NCBI GenBank assembly: GCA_030167865.1
Contig: JALAGF010006261.1
Span: 62,001 to 84,826, forward strand
DNA: 22,826 nt
DNA from: Craspedostauros australis
Lineage: Eukaryota
Reading direction: 5' to 3'
Made by a program: the position numbers and the translations under genes. The notes below the pieces were generated by a model. That model did no database searches. It was given only the letters and a program-made list of their open reading frames with translations, and had not been told where the DNA came from. Below, piece after piece: positions 1 to 9,714 of this stretch (positions are counted from its first letter, which is position 1; every line of letters starts with the position of its first letter).

Positions 1-473
1 GTTTTGGATTGAAATTTAGTGTCAGCGGCGATGTCAGTTTCTGATTCTGTCGCCAGCGCGAAGCCTTTATCTGTTGGTAACGATGTTGATGTTGACGTCG
101 ATGCAGATACATTCGTCTGTCCCACGTCATTGGTGGCTGATGCTGACGCTGTCGCTATCGTTGCTGATGTATACGACATGGACATGGTTCCCAAAGGCCA
201 CAGTATCATCTCCGTGCACTTGTGATCTCCACCATGATGATGATTGCCAAGGAGCTTGGCCAGGCCGTAGGAGAACATGGTGATCAAGAGGATTGGTCCG
301 TACAATACAAACGCCATGGATGTGTATCCAGCGTCACTGTGATCCCTGCTGTATCTCGCGATCTCTACGACGAAGGGGATGAAGTAGGTTGCAGATAATC
401 GCATGCTCGTTCCGCCGAACCATGTTCCCAGTGGCACGGCCGTATACCTCGGTGCCTTTGACAGCCATTCCAT
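1..473 (-). CDS. Partial (3'-truncated) M50/site-2-protease-like membrane protein with a degenerate zinc motif
   Basis: Manual translation of a frame absent from the ORF track because it has no stop before the window edge. ATG at 473-471, upstream in-frame TGA at 545-543. Reads MEWLSKAPRYTAVPLGTWFGGTSMRLSATYFIPFVVEIARYSRDHSDAGYTSMAFVLYGPILLITMFSYGLAKLLGNHHHGGDHKCTEMILWPLGTMSMSY, then an S/T/A-rich stretch. The order LGxxFG-x-IRL...TM helix...GG...ILWPLG matches the M50B layout, but YGLAK replaces HELGH. An upstream exon cannot be excluded. Confidence 0.6.
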   Translation of the reverse strand, partial: MEWLSKAPRYTAVPLGTWFGGTSMRLSATYFIPFVVEIARYSRDHSDAGYTSMAFVLYGPILLITMFSYGLAKLLGNHHHGGDHKCTEMILWPLGTMSMSYTSATIATASASATNDVGQTNVSASTSTSTSLPTDKGFALATESETDIAADTKFQSK

Positions 474-624
474 GAGGTCCACATCCAATGCCCCTCCAGA
501 GGAAAGTGAAGATGATGTTGACTTTGAGGGGTTCGTTGGCGTTCAATAAGGGGGTTCTAGTGCCTTTCTCTCTCCAGAGTGTGGGGATGTGTGGGTGCGC
601 CTCCGGTGAACTGAACGTTCAATG

Positions 625-660
625 TGACAGTTGTTGCGACAATTGTTGTGACAGTTGTTG
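625..660. repeat. Tandem repeat, 3 x 12 bp (TGACAGTTGTTG / CGACAATTGTTG / TGACAGTTGTTG)
   Basis: Read directly; lies about 150-190 bp upstream of the ATG at 473. Confidence 0.8.
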
Positions 661-1985
661 GGTTGATGGAATCCTCTGCGCAGATGCGCTGTTCTGATCT
701 TGATGCTGCTTCTCCTGTTGTGGATAGAGATTGGTGTCGATGACTCTCGTGGGTGATCTGTGCAATTCCTGCGCGGAGAGTGGGAAAACCAAAGATGCAA
801 TGATGCGTGCGCTGGCTCCGATCAGATTGGGCTGCTTGGGTCTCTGCTGGCTTGCTATCGTCTGAGCGGAAGCGGCGGGCGGGTTGCGGATGTTTGTGCA
901 CGTGAGAGAAGAAAGCAGATGGGTATGGGGGCTGGGGGCCACCCTCGATTTCGTTGTTGCCGACGCTGCTGTTGTTGATGATGTTCGTGCGTGTTGATGT
1001 TGCCTCTTGTCTCTGTCTCCCTATCTTTTGTCTTGACGCTGGGTTGGGCTGTCGCTGGCTGTCGCTCTTGCTTGCCTTGGTCCCTGCCCGAACACACGCA
1101 TGCAAACACGCCGAGAGAAAGACACGTGAGAAAGAGGAGGTCTTCTGTGGCCGGAAAGCAGAAGAAGGGAAGGGCACAACAAGATTGCTCAGTCTCCGGC
1201 TTTTGTCGTCGCCTCCCGCGCAAAACCGATCTCTCCACTGAAGCCGATGCGGAGAAGAAGTGCAAAACCAGCATCACTCCCAACAGTGCTTGCAAGCATG
1301 TCATCAACACTGCCATGAGTGATAAGAGGCAAACAGAGCGCCAAAACCGTGAGACATCGCTTCGCGTGAGGTGATACAATTTGGTGAATTTGTGATGGAT
1401 GCTAAAGTGTCTTGTTTTGCTTGTTATGTTGTTGCAAGACACCGAGACGTGATGGGCCCATAACAACTCGACTTGAGCAAGACACAGTTGTGACCTTCCT
1501 GTTGCCACTAATTAAACGGCCCTTGTGCCAAGAGGCTCTTAGTTGCATCGTTCGTGACACCAACCAAGACTTCACAAGTCACAATTTGGCTCGCCCATTT
1601 GTAATTTTATGCCTGTCTGCTGGTTTGTCGGCATCACAGGTCGTGCTTGTGCAGTACATGGCCTGTACATGGAGGGGACGCTGCAACCTCCTCGCCTCAC
1701 CCCACGCCAGAGCCTATTCCTCTCTCCGTATATCCACGGAAGAGAACATGGTGAGATCGTCGTGCACGCAAGCGTACCAATAGTGAAGACAGCACGCCAT
1801 CCAGCAACCAAAGTAGTTCACCTTGTTGATTCATCATCCTACGTTCCACACTTGTTCTGAACATCTTTGCAAAGCGTGATGCCATTCTGCCATTGCTCTT
1901 TGCATTTCTTTGAATTGGGTCATCTGTTGGTATTAGTCCTGTCGAGCACTCTACTCCACAGGTGATGGAGCTTCATTGCAACATC

Positions 1986-3716
1986 TCAACTGGTGGCCAA
2001 CCGTGCCAACGCCCGATCCTTGCAGGCCGCCAGCAACTCATTCAGTTCGATCCGCTCCGCAGCGCCCAGGTCGAGCTTGGCCATGGAACTTCGAATCTCC
2101 GCCGCCAACGGAATGTCCGCAACGTTGATGTCCCCACCCTGCAGGATGGACGCGGAGTCCTCCGCCAGCAGTTCAATGAACTGCTCGTTGTCGACCACGA
2201 ACTGATGGAGGTTGGAAGCGATGACGTCGACGCATCGTTGTTCGAGCCGTTCCAGATCATGCATTCTGGCAAGCTCGATCAAATCGAGCGCATTCTCATC
2301 ATCCACAGCCGGCATGACCAGTTTGTTGACTGCGTGGGCCACCAGCCTTGGACACAGCAGCGCGGTTGCCAACTCGATAAGTTGAACTCCTTCTTGCAAG
2401 AAATTACCATCGTCATCGTCGTCGTCGTGACCGTTGTCGCCAGTGTAGCCATCGATGTCATTCACAAAGAAATCGTCTCCGTACATCCATTGGATGGCCA
2501 GGCGGACGACATTGCGCGAAGGCATGAGATGCGATAGATCGATGAGGGCTTCCGTCGCTTCCCGGAAACCACCCTCCAAGGCGCCTCGGAAGTACTCCGA
2601 CTGAGCGCACAGGATCACGGAATGCAGAGACCAGGTGGCGTCGCAGCACTGCACGGTGACGTCGCTGGACTGAACAAGCTCGTTCATTTCATTGATATCG
2701 TCCCATTCGTCGTGCGGTATGGACGCCCAGGATCGTGCCATCGTCGCCATCTCGCTGCGGGCCAATGACAGATCCGCCGTCTCGAAACGATATCGCTCGA
2801 CCGCTTCACGGATGCCACCGTCCTGCTTCTCGGCTCGTCGCTTTGGCTTTCCATTCCTTGCCACCTCGATCATCTTTTCTCGTTTCTTCAGCGAAACTCT
2901 CAACCGTCTGAAGAGCGCCGTCAATCCGTACCGGAATGCCAGCTCCTGCGCGAGCAACGTGCTCTCCACATCTCTGGCCTCGAACACCCCAGTGTACAGA
3001 TAATTCAGCAGCTGAAGCAGCATGGACGCATCGTGCCTGGCGGGAAACTCCAGCGAGTACTGCACGCCGGTGCCGCTGGGTTCCTCCTGCAGCAGGGCAT
3101 GTATCTTGCGACAGCGCGCCCGCAGAACGATGCTGTGCAAGTAGATCTCCATGCCATCAATGTGGGCCGTGACATCGGAATGGCTGGGATCGTGATACAT
3201 GCGGCGTAACATGTCGAGGAAGGGATCGCGGCTCGCTGCACTGAGACTCCATGCACGCAGCAGCTGTCGCAGCTCGGGTGTGAGGGCGACGTAAAACACG
3301 CGTGCTGCATCACCGCCGCTGTCGGGGTCGCATTTGGCGCCGCGCTCCAACAGGAACTGGCATATGGCGTTGTTGCCAGTGAGCGCGGCGAGGTAGAGCG
3401 GCGTGGCGTCGTGAGCATCCTGCTCCTCCAGCGGCATCTTCATTACGTCGACGAGGTACCTGACGTTCTTGAGGTTGCCCGTTCTGCAGGCGAAATGCAG
3501 CGGCCATTGATCGCAGCCGAAGGTTGCCTCGAGATCGATTCCCAGCGTGTTCAGATTCTTTGTGTGCATTTCGGTTGGTAGGATGCGTTGTATCCCGCCG
3601 GGTACTTCCCTCATGCTTGCCCTCGTGCTCGTGGTACTGCCGTCAAGCCCCACCGTCTGGTTTTGAGCATCATTCGTGTCGTCTCCGCGTTCGACATCAG
3701 CGGCAACCGGAGGCAT
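1986..3716 (-). CDS. ABTB1: Ankyrin repeat and BTB/POZ domain protein (ABTB1-like; probable Cullin-3 substrate adaptor)
   Basis: Ankyrin motifs PLHFACRTGNLKNVRYLV and TPLYLAALTGNNAICQFLLERGAKC. BTB1: SDVTAHIDGMEIYLHSIVLRARC...LLNYLYTG. BTB2: SDVTVQCCDATWSLHSVILCAQSEYFRGALEGGFREA. A BACK-like helical tail follows (LIELARMHDLERLEQRCVDVIASN). First ATG is at 3716 (MPPVAAD); the ORF track extends to a non-ATG start at 3803. Confidence 0.88.
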   Translation of the reverse strand: MPPVAADVERGDDTNDAQNQTVGLDGSTTSTRASMREVPGGIQRILPTEMHTKNLNTLGIDLEATFGCDQWPLHFACRTGNLKNVRYLVDVMKMPLEEQDAHDATPLYLAALTGNNAICQFLLERGAKCDPDSGGDAARVFYVALTPELRQLLRAWSLSAASRDPFLDMLRRMYHDPSHSDVTAHIDGMEIYLHSIVLRARCRKIHALLQEEPSGTGVQYSLEFPARHDASMLLQLLNYLYTGVFEARDVESTLLAQELAFRYGLTALFRRLRVSLKKREKMIEVARNGKPKRRAEKQDGGIREAVERYRFETADLSLARSEMATMARSWASIPHDEWDDINEMNELVQSSDVTVQCCDATWSLHSVILCAQSEYFRGALEGGFREATEALIDLSHLMPSRNVVRLAIQWMYGDDFFVNDIDGYTGDNGHDDDDDDGNFLQEGVQLIELATALLCPRLVAHAVNKLVMPAVDDENALDLIELARMHDLERLEQRCVDVIASNLHQFVVDNEQFIELLAEDSASILQGGDINVADIPLAAEIRSSMAKLDLGAAERIELNELLAACKDRALARLATS

Positions 3717-4148
3717 GATGTGTATGGTAGACTGCCTTCTTCTGCCGTGCTTCGGTCTTGTATTGATCGTACGAGCGCGGATGGAGGCGCTGTGCGACCA
3801 CACGATGTTGATGAATTGTCAGTGTGGATGCACGAGTGCAGCGCAATGGAGTTCAGCAGAACACGCACCCAAGATGCAACGTCCTCCCTCAGAACATCTC
3901 ACGATCTTTGTTTCGCTTTGTGCCATCAAACGAAGATGATGGATGACGAAACGAAACATCAACGAGAACCACCAAGCCACACATCGACATTTTCGTCAAG
4001 CACGACTCATTCGACTAAATCCAGCATCCTCACTTTCTCGAGATTCCCACCACTTGACTGGCACCAAGAGGCCCTCCCCAACCAAGCCGAAAGCGCGCAG
4101 ATGGATTGCACACGTAGATGTGCATGGTAGTTTGCTGGCAGACCCGTG

Positions 4149-5188
4149 CTATATTATGGACGATGGATGGTACTGCGTCGGTTGCGGAGGCATGCCGTAG
4201 TACTCTGTGCCATGCATGTCGAATGGTAACGGTGGCTGGAATCCGACAGCGTTTGGATCGATCCCACGCCCCGTTCTGGATAGCGTAATGCGGAGGCAGG
4301 CGACGTGCCTTGTCGACGTGACGATATCGAGGCCCTCCTCTATGGGTTCGAACACATCAATCATCTCTAGCGTGGTGAAGGTATTGAGCTGGTACAGCGG
4401 CATCCGTCGTTTCAGAATCTCGGCGACCGTGATGGCCTTGCTGATGGCTCTGCCCATGGCCTTCAATATCACCTCTTCCGATCCTCTCGTCTGCGTGTTC
4501 GTTCGTTCGTTCGTTTGCATGTTTTGCATGAACAATGATGTAATGGCACAGTTGTGAAGTGCAGCAGTAGCAGCAGCACTCGACGCCAACGTTCATTGTG
4601 CGCAATGTGTGTTTGGCGCGGATAGTCGCATTGATGCAGATTCAAATCCGAGCACCCCATCGTGAACGTTCACGCCATCGAATCAGATGAGTTTCACGAA
4701 GGTTTGTCATGTGATCATTCCCATCATGTTTGGTTGTTGCAAGACAGAGATCGTTTCATGGGACGTCCCACCGCGTAACACATACGTACGCATGTAGATT
4801 GTCCCAGTGGGGTACCATATCCATCCGATGAAGATATTGCATCGCAATGCAATGCAACGCATCATCCATCGATACATCCATCAACATTGTTCGGGCCGAT
4901 GAAGGGATGGCGATGCAAAGAAGAAATTTGGTGTTGTTGAGCGAATCGGTGATTTGACGATGCAACCAGACGAGATGAACAATGCTCTACTCTGCGTATG
5001 CAGAGCAAGTTCACTTGCAGCAACAACTGCAGTCGCGAGATGGATAGACTTACATAATGTTCCATGGCAAAGGAGATGTAGTTCTTTGGCTTGCCCTGCT
5101 GCCGGATGCGGATCTCGCAATACGATCCCTTCTCGAGGAATTCCTTGCCGACCCCCGTCCTCTTCTCCACCAAACGGTACTTCTCCAT
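4149..5188 (-). CDS. Alba-family (Rpp25/plant ALBA-like) DNA/RNA-binding protein, 2 exons (5188-5054, 4490-4149), 158 aa
   Basis: Exon 1 MEKYRLVEK...EIRIRQQGKPKNYISFAMEHY joins in phase 0 to exon 2 TRGSEEVILKAMGRAISKAITVAEILKRR...DVFEPIEEGLDIVTSTRHVACLRITLS...GFQPP. These are the hallmark motifs of the Rpp25/Mdp2 Alba subgroup. Donor GTAAGT at 5053, acceptor CAG at 4493-4491. Confidence 0.92.
4491..5053 (-). other. Spliceosomal GT-AG intron (563 nt) in the Alba gene
   Basis: GTAAGT...ACGCAG; removing it restores a continuous Alba domain. Confidence 0.85.
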
Positions 5189-6411
5189 TGTCTGCTCGTC
5201 GCTGCGTTCTTGTCGTTGCTCAGTGGGTAAGGTTGCGTGTCACCGCAGTTGTGTGGTGTCACGTGTCTCGGCTCGTCCTATTGCGTTGATCCGGCCTTGA
5301 GCGAGGCTCTTGAGCTGCTGCCGCCGTTCACAGTGAAGTCTGAAGTTGATGATGCGTGGATGGACGTGGATAAGCAGATTGAATACCGATGGCAGCGTAA
5401 TCCAATTCCTCCCCTGATGTTCAGCATAAAGGAATGATTTCTCCTAATGCAGTGCCCTATTGTGTTTCAGGCTAGCGTTGAGTTCTGTGGAGGAGTGCGC
5501 GAGCTGGTACTAGGATGCCTCTCTTGGCCGATTGTGTGAACGACAGGATGAGCTCAGGAATCAACGGACGGATTGAATTGACGGACGGACGGATGGCCAC
5601 ACAGAAACAGATGATGATGTCCCCAAACACACAAAACACAAAGAGGGAATGGCCACGACACAAGTACGAGTAGAGTGGTCCAGATGAGACAAGACCACCG
5701 CTTTTTGTGCGTCCCTCTCTCTATTGCTCTCCCTCCTCCTCTTGACAACTCTCACGGAAGTTAATTCCCAAAGCAAGGTTTCACACCGACGATGATGATC
5801 GATCGGGATCTTTCGCCTTTCCTCGCTCCTCCGCTCGACCGCTGCCATCGTCATGGTCGCGATCGGAACCACTCCCGCTCCTTGTTCGCGAAAACGTGAT
5901 CGCCGTTCACGTTTTATCGTTTCCTCTCTCTCTCTTTTGTCATTGCTTTTTGGCATGTATCTTGGCGCTTCAACGTCTGTACGGTTTCGATCGTTTACTG
6001 CACATCTCATCTCACGGACAAGCACATTAATTGGCTGTGGCACAGAAATGAAACACGGGTGTTTGGGCCCATTCCGAATCCCGTGAGAGACATCAATCAA
6101 CCAAAAAATGAAATGGTGGTGAGCTTCCACGTTTCTTGATGTTTGCCGATCATGGCTGTGATCTTCTGTCGTGATGTCCGCGATAGGATGGCTGCGGTGT
6201 CCATGATGAATGGGATCTCCATCGGCTGTTCACGGCACCCTGGAGTACTGCGACATGCTCGGATTGGAAATACGCATCCGGATCATCTATGAGTATTCTA
6301 CGCGTAGAACAAGTATAATACATATTGCTTCGACAACACTTTGAGCAGATTTCCCAACAACCCTCATCTCCTGACAAAGGCATCAGAGACAGACGATACA
6401 CGCGCTATTCA

Positions 6412-9400
6412 ATGAGAAGATCGAACAGGATGGGTCGGTCGTTGCTCCCTTTCATGATCGCCGCCATGATGCTCAGTTGGCATGACTTCGTGATCAAGGT
6501 CGCCGTCGGAGCATCGTCTGCACAATCGTCCACGTTCTCTCATGCCTCGCTCCTGCAGAAACAGACGCAGGCCTCGCAGTCCACGCCATCGCAAACGTCC
6601 AGCCTTCCCAAGACCAAGCACGAGACCATCGTGTCTGGGTACGGTTCGAGCTCCCAAACGACAACGATATTCGAAGATCGCTTCCTCAAGCGGTTGGGTC
6701 GCATCTTTGGTGACATTCCCATCAATCTGCATGATGAGCTGTGGGTGAAACACGATAGGCTCTCGCAGGGCTTGCACATCAAGATCAAATCGCCGGCGGA
6801 CGACAACGACGACAGGATCTATCGCATCCGCGCGGCGGTCGGCACGCAGAAAGATTGGGATGTGCAGGATGAGTCGTCTTTCTTCGCGCACATGAAGGCA
6901 CGCCATCGTGATGAGGTAGATGACGACGAGTGGAGGCAGGTGGATGGGATCTACGGAGTTTATGAATTGCCGTCGGGCTTTCTGTGGGTCTTCATTGCCA
7001 AAACTGCGCCCGTTTACTCTGCTCCGACATGGCCCGGCAGCGCCGAGCAAGCTGCTGGCCAGCAATCGTCATGGTTCAATATTCGCAAGGTCGTCAACTT
7101 GGAACTCATGCATATGCCAGATATGACGCGACCGGCTTTGTCCGAAGCACAGAAGCGAGAAGAACAGCGGCAGCTGCAGCTGCTTCGCAAGGCTTTCAAG
7201 GAGCATGCTTTTTACTATTGTTCAAGCGGCGCTCGCGTAACTGTGGATCTGAATGACGATGCCAACGGCGAGAATGGCAACGCTGTCGCTCCGGTCGTGC
7301 CAGACATGACAAGGTCCGTTCAATATTGCATCAACAAGCATGCGGAGACAACGTCAATACTGTCCAACGAAGATGATGACGACGATGATGATGATGATGG
7401 CGTAGCCAGTGATGAAAGTCATCATGACAGCACCCATGAGAGTGACGGCGATGGTGACGATGAGGACGCGGCAGAGTCATCCAGCTCGGCCAAATACTGG
7501 TGGGAACAACGGAAGGACGCATGGCCTGACGCGAGATTCTTTTGGAACCAAGTCTCTCTGGAACCGCTGGTGGCCAAACTCCAGAAGGAGGGCGGACGGT
7601 CACCCAAACACAGTTCCTTGTCCCAGCTTCTCAAGTATTCCATCCCTCTTACCTCTGCATTCGTTGGGGTGCAGCGCAACATCACAACTGTTGACGATGT
7701 CCACACTGACACAATCGACAATGCGAACAATGAAGGCTCGTCCAAAGTATCGAAAAAGACGAAGGACGAGCCAGCGTTGCACTACGATCAAGTCTTGATC
7801 AGCAGACGAAGTCGCTTTCGTGCAGGAACTCGATTCACGGTCCGCGGCGCCGATGCCACTGGAGCTGTTGCGAATTATGCTGAAACAGAACAGTTATCGC
7901 TCCTCTTGGACGGAAGCAGCAAGAACGCCCTGCAACGTGTGTTCAGCTTCGTCCAGACGCGCGGATCGGTCCCATTGCGATGGTCAAGTCCCACCGACAT
8001 CAAGACGTACCGGCCGCGCATACGGATCGGAACGGACCCGCTTGCACAGGCTCGGGCATTCCGATTGCATTTGGCAGAGCAGGTATCACACTACGTGGAC
8101 TCTAGCAACGGTGATAATGCCGATGGTGACGACAATGCCGTACCCAATCAACCATTGCAGATCGTCTTTGTCAACCTCATCGACAAGCACAGCGACCAAG
8201 GCAGACTGGGGGACGCTTTTGACGCTGTACTACGTGCCGTGGTGCAAGTATACAACGGCACTGCTGATGCCTCATCGCTATCTACCAGTGCCGATGCAGA
8301 GGATGTCACAGGGGAGACCGAGGAGGATACGGACAATGCAGCTTCTGATGACGAAGATGCAAATGAAAGGAGCATCAGCAAACCTGACATCTCCGGCAGC
8401 AATCAAAAGCTCCTCGCCGAACATCTCTGGTTTGACTTTCACGCAGAAGTGAAAGGCGGGAGATGGGACAAGCTGGGGAACTTGCTGGACCAACTCAAGA
8501 CTTCCTTGCAGGATCACGGGTTCTTCTCCGCGCGACCGCCAATATCCGCTTCCGATGATTGGCATGTGGAGAAGACGCAGCGGTCGGTCATTCGCACCAA
8601 TTGCATGGACTGCCTGGATCGGACGAACGTCGTCCAAAGCATCCTTGGACGGTACATGTTGTTCCAGCAGCTTTCTTCTTCCGACGCCACGGTCGGAGGC
8701 TCAAAGGCGTTCCAATCAGCATTCAAAAAGGATGAAATGACGTTACCATGGACACCGGGAGAGCTGTCGCATCGTTTGCTGTGGGCGGACAACGCAGATG
8801 CCATTTCGCAGCTGTATGCTGGGACACCCGCATTGAAACGCGACTTCACGCGATTGGGCAAGCGCACCAAAAAAGGCGCTCTCGATGATGGCATGAACTC
8901 TGCAATGCGCTTCTATCTCAACAACTTTCATGATTCCGACCGTCAGGAGGGCATGGATTTGATGGTGGGGCTTGTGGAATTCTCAGAAGGGATGCCGTCG
9001 GAGGATGGCGATGGGAGCGAAGACGATCCTGACGGAGGCAACGGCAAAACACCAGCATCACCCTTCGCCGCACCGCTTCTGCAGGATGGACCATTCGGTC
9101 CCGGCTCGAGCCTCATGGACATGTTTATGAAATCAAGTCAAGGCACAGCCCCAAGCGAGACGGACCAGAAGCAACATCAAGACGAACCAAGGGAGCTGGA
9201 TCTGCGATGGCTTCCGGGCGATTTACAAAATCATGTGCGGAGTCAGGTCATGCCAATCGATTCATCATCGTCGTCGTTGTCGTCGTCGTTGGCCAGTACA
9301 GCAAGCGGCTGGCCCACAGATGACCGGTTTTCTTCCACGAGGGCGCTAGAAGCGATGGATAAAAGGGCGCAATCCAACACGCCGTGGTGGGCCGTCGATC

Positions 9401-9714
9401 TGAGCAGCGACAACGATGACGATTCACAAGAATTAGGACGGAAAGGGAACGGGCAGGATGGCGGCATGGACAGGTCGGACCCTATTGGTACGAGCGCGGT
9501 TGGTGCGTCCACCCAACTGGCCACAGCACTATCAACAGGAGCACTGAACCTGACGCCTGGATATCTTGTGGGCATGCTCATTGCTGGTACCCATTCCCCT
9601 GTGGCAGTCGCATCAGCTGTCGTCGCTATCCTTGGAGCTGTTTACCTTCCCTCCATCCTGATGGAAGGTATATCTTCAGTGATGTGGACATCGAATAGCA
9701 CCAGCGGTGACTAA
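6412..9714 (+). CDS. SAC-domain (Sac1-like) phosphoinositide phosphatase
   Basis: SAC motifs in order: GIYGVYEL, DARFFWN, LISRRSRFRAGTRF..RGAD..G.VANYAETEQ, SFVQTRGSVPLRWS, FDFHAE, catalytic CX5RT in RTNCMDCLDRTNVVQS (CMDCLDRT at 8602-8625), WADNADAISQLYAGTPALKRDFTRLGKRT. There is a C-terminal hydrophobic segment. First ATG is at 6412 (alternative 6430); the track start at 6325 is TTG. Confidence 0.92.
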   Translation: MRRSNRMGRSLLPFMIAAMMLSWHDFVIKVAVGASSAQSSTFSHASLLQKQTQASQSTPSQTSSLPKTKHETIVSGYGSSSQTTTIFEDRFLKRLGRIFGDIPINLHDELWVKHDRLSQGLHIKIKSPADDNDDRIYRIRAAVGTQKDWDVQDESSFFAHMKARHRDEVDDDEWRQVDGIYGVYELPSGFLWVFIAKTAPVYSAPTWPGSAEQAAGQQSSWFNIRKVVNLELMHMPDMTRPALSEAQKREEQRQLQLLRKAFKEHAFYYCSSGARVTVDLNDDANGENGNAVAPVVPDMTRSVQYCINKHAETTSILSNEDDDDDDDDDGVASDESHHDSTHESDGDGDDEDAAESSSSAKYWWEQRKDAWPDARFFWNQVSLEPLVAKLQKEGGRSPKHSSLSQLLKYSIPLTSAFVGVQRNITTVDDVHTDTIDNANNEGSSKVSKKTKDEPALHYDQVLISRRSRFRAGTRFTVRGADATGAVANYAETEQLSLLLDGSSKNALQRVFSFVQTRGSVPLRWSSPTDIKTYRPRIRIGTDPLAQARAFRLHLAEQVSHYVDSSNGDNADGDDNAVPNQPLQIVFVNLIDKHSDQGRLGDAFDAVLRAVVQVYNGTADASSLSTSADAEDVTGETEEDTDNAASDDEDANERSISKPDISGSNQKLLAEHLWFDFHAEVKGGRWDKLGNLLDQLKTSLQDHGFFSARPPISASDDWHVEKTQRSVIRTNCMDCLDRTNVVQSILGRYMLFQQLSSSDATVGGSKAFQSAFKKDEMTLPWTPGELSHRLLWADNADAISQLYAGTPALKRDFTRLGKRTKKGALDDGMNSAMRFYLNNFHDSDRQEGMDLMVGLVEFSEGMPSEDGDGSEDDPDGGNGKTPASPFAAPLLQDGPFGPGSSLMDMFMKSSQGTAPSETDQKQHQDEPRELDLRWLPGDLQNHVRSQVMPIDSSSSSLSSSLASTASGWPTDDRFSSTRALEAMDKRAQSNTPWWAVDLSSDNDDDSQELGRKGNGQDGGMDRSDPIGTSAVGASTQLATALSTGALNLTPGYLVGMLIAGTHSPVAVASAVVAILGAVYLPSILMEGISSVMWTSNSTSGD

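Noticed and set aside
543..1508. Overlapping ORFs on both strands (557-1177, 619-942, 855-1508, 991-1374)
   Set aside because: Low-complexity, mutually overlapping, no recognisable motifs; the composition looks like promoter/UTR. An upstream exon of the M50-like gene is not excluded.
1621..1800. Minus-frame peptide YACVHDDLTMFSS...ALAWGE, faintly like an RT YxDD region
   Set aside because: One short motif, an in-frame stop and no other RT blocks.
1962..3939. Plus-strand ORFs opposite the ankyrin-BTB gene
   Set aside because: Antisense shadows of a well-supported gene.
4680..4730. Possible C/D snoRNA in the Alba intron (ATGATGG...CTGA on the minus strand)
   Set aside because: Imperfect C box, only about 45 nt between boxes and no terminal stem.
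5561..6130. 189-aa minus ORF between the Alba and SAC genes
   Set aside because: Non-ATG start, driven by AG-rich simple sequence, and lies in a divergent promoter region.
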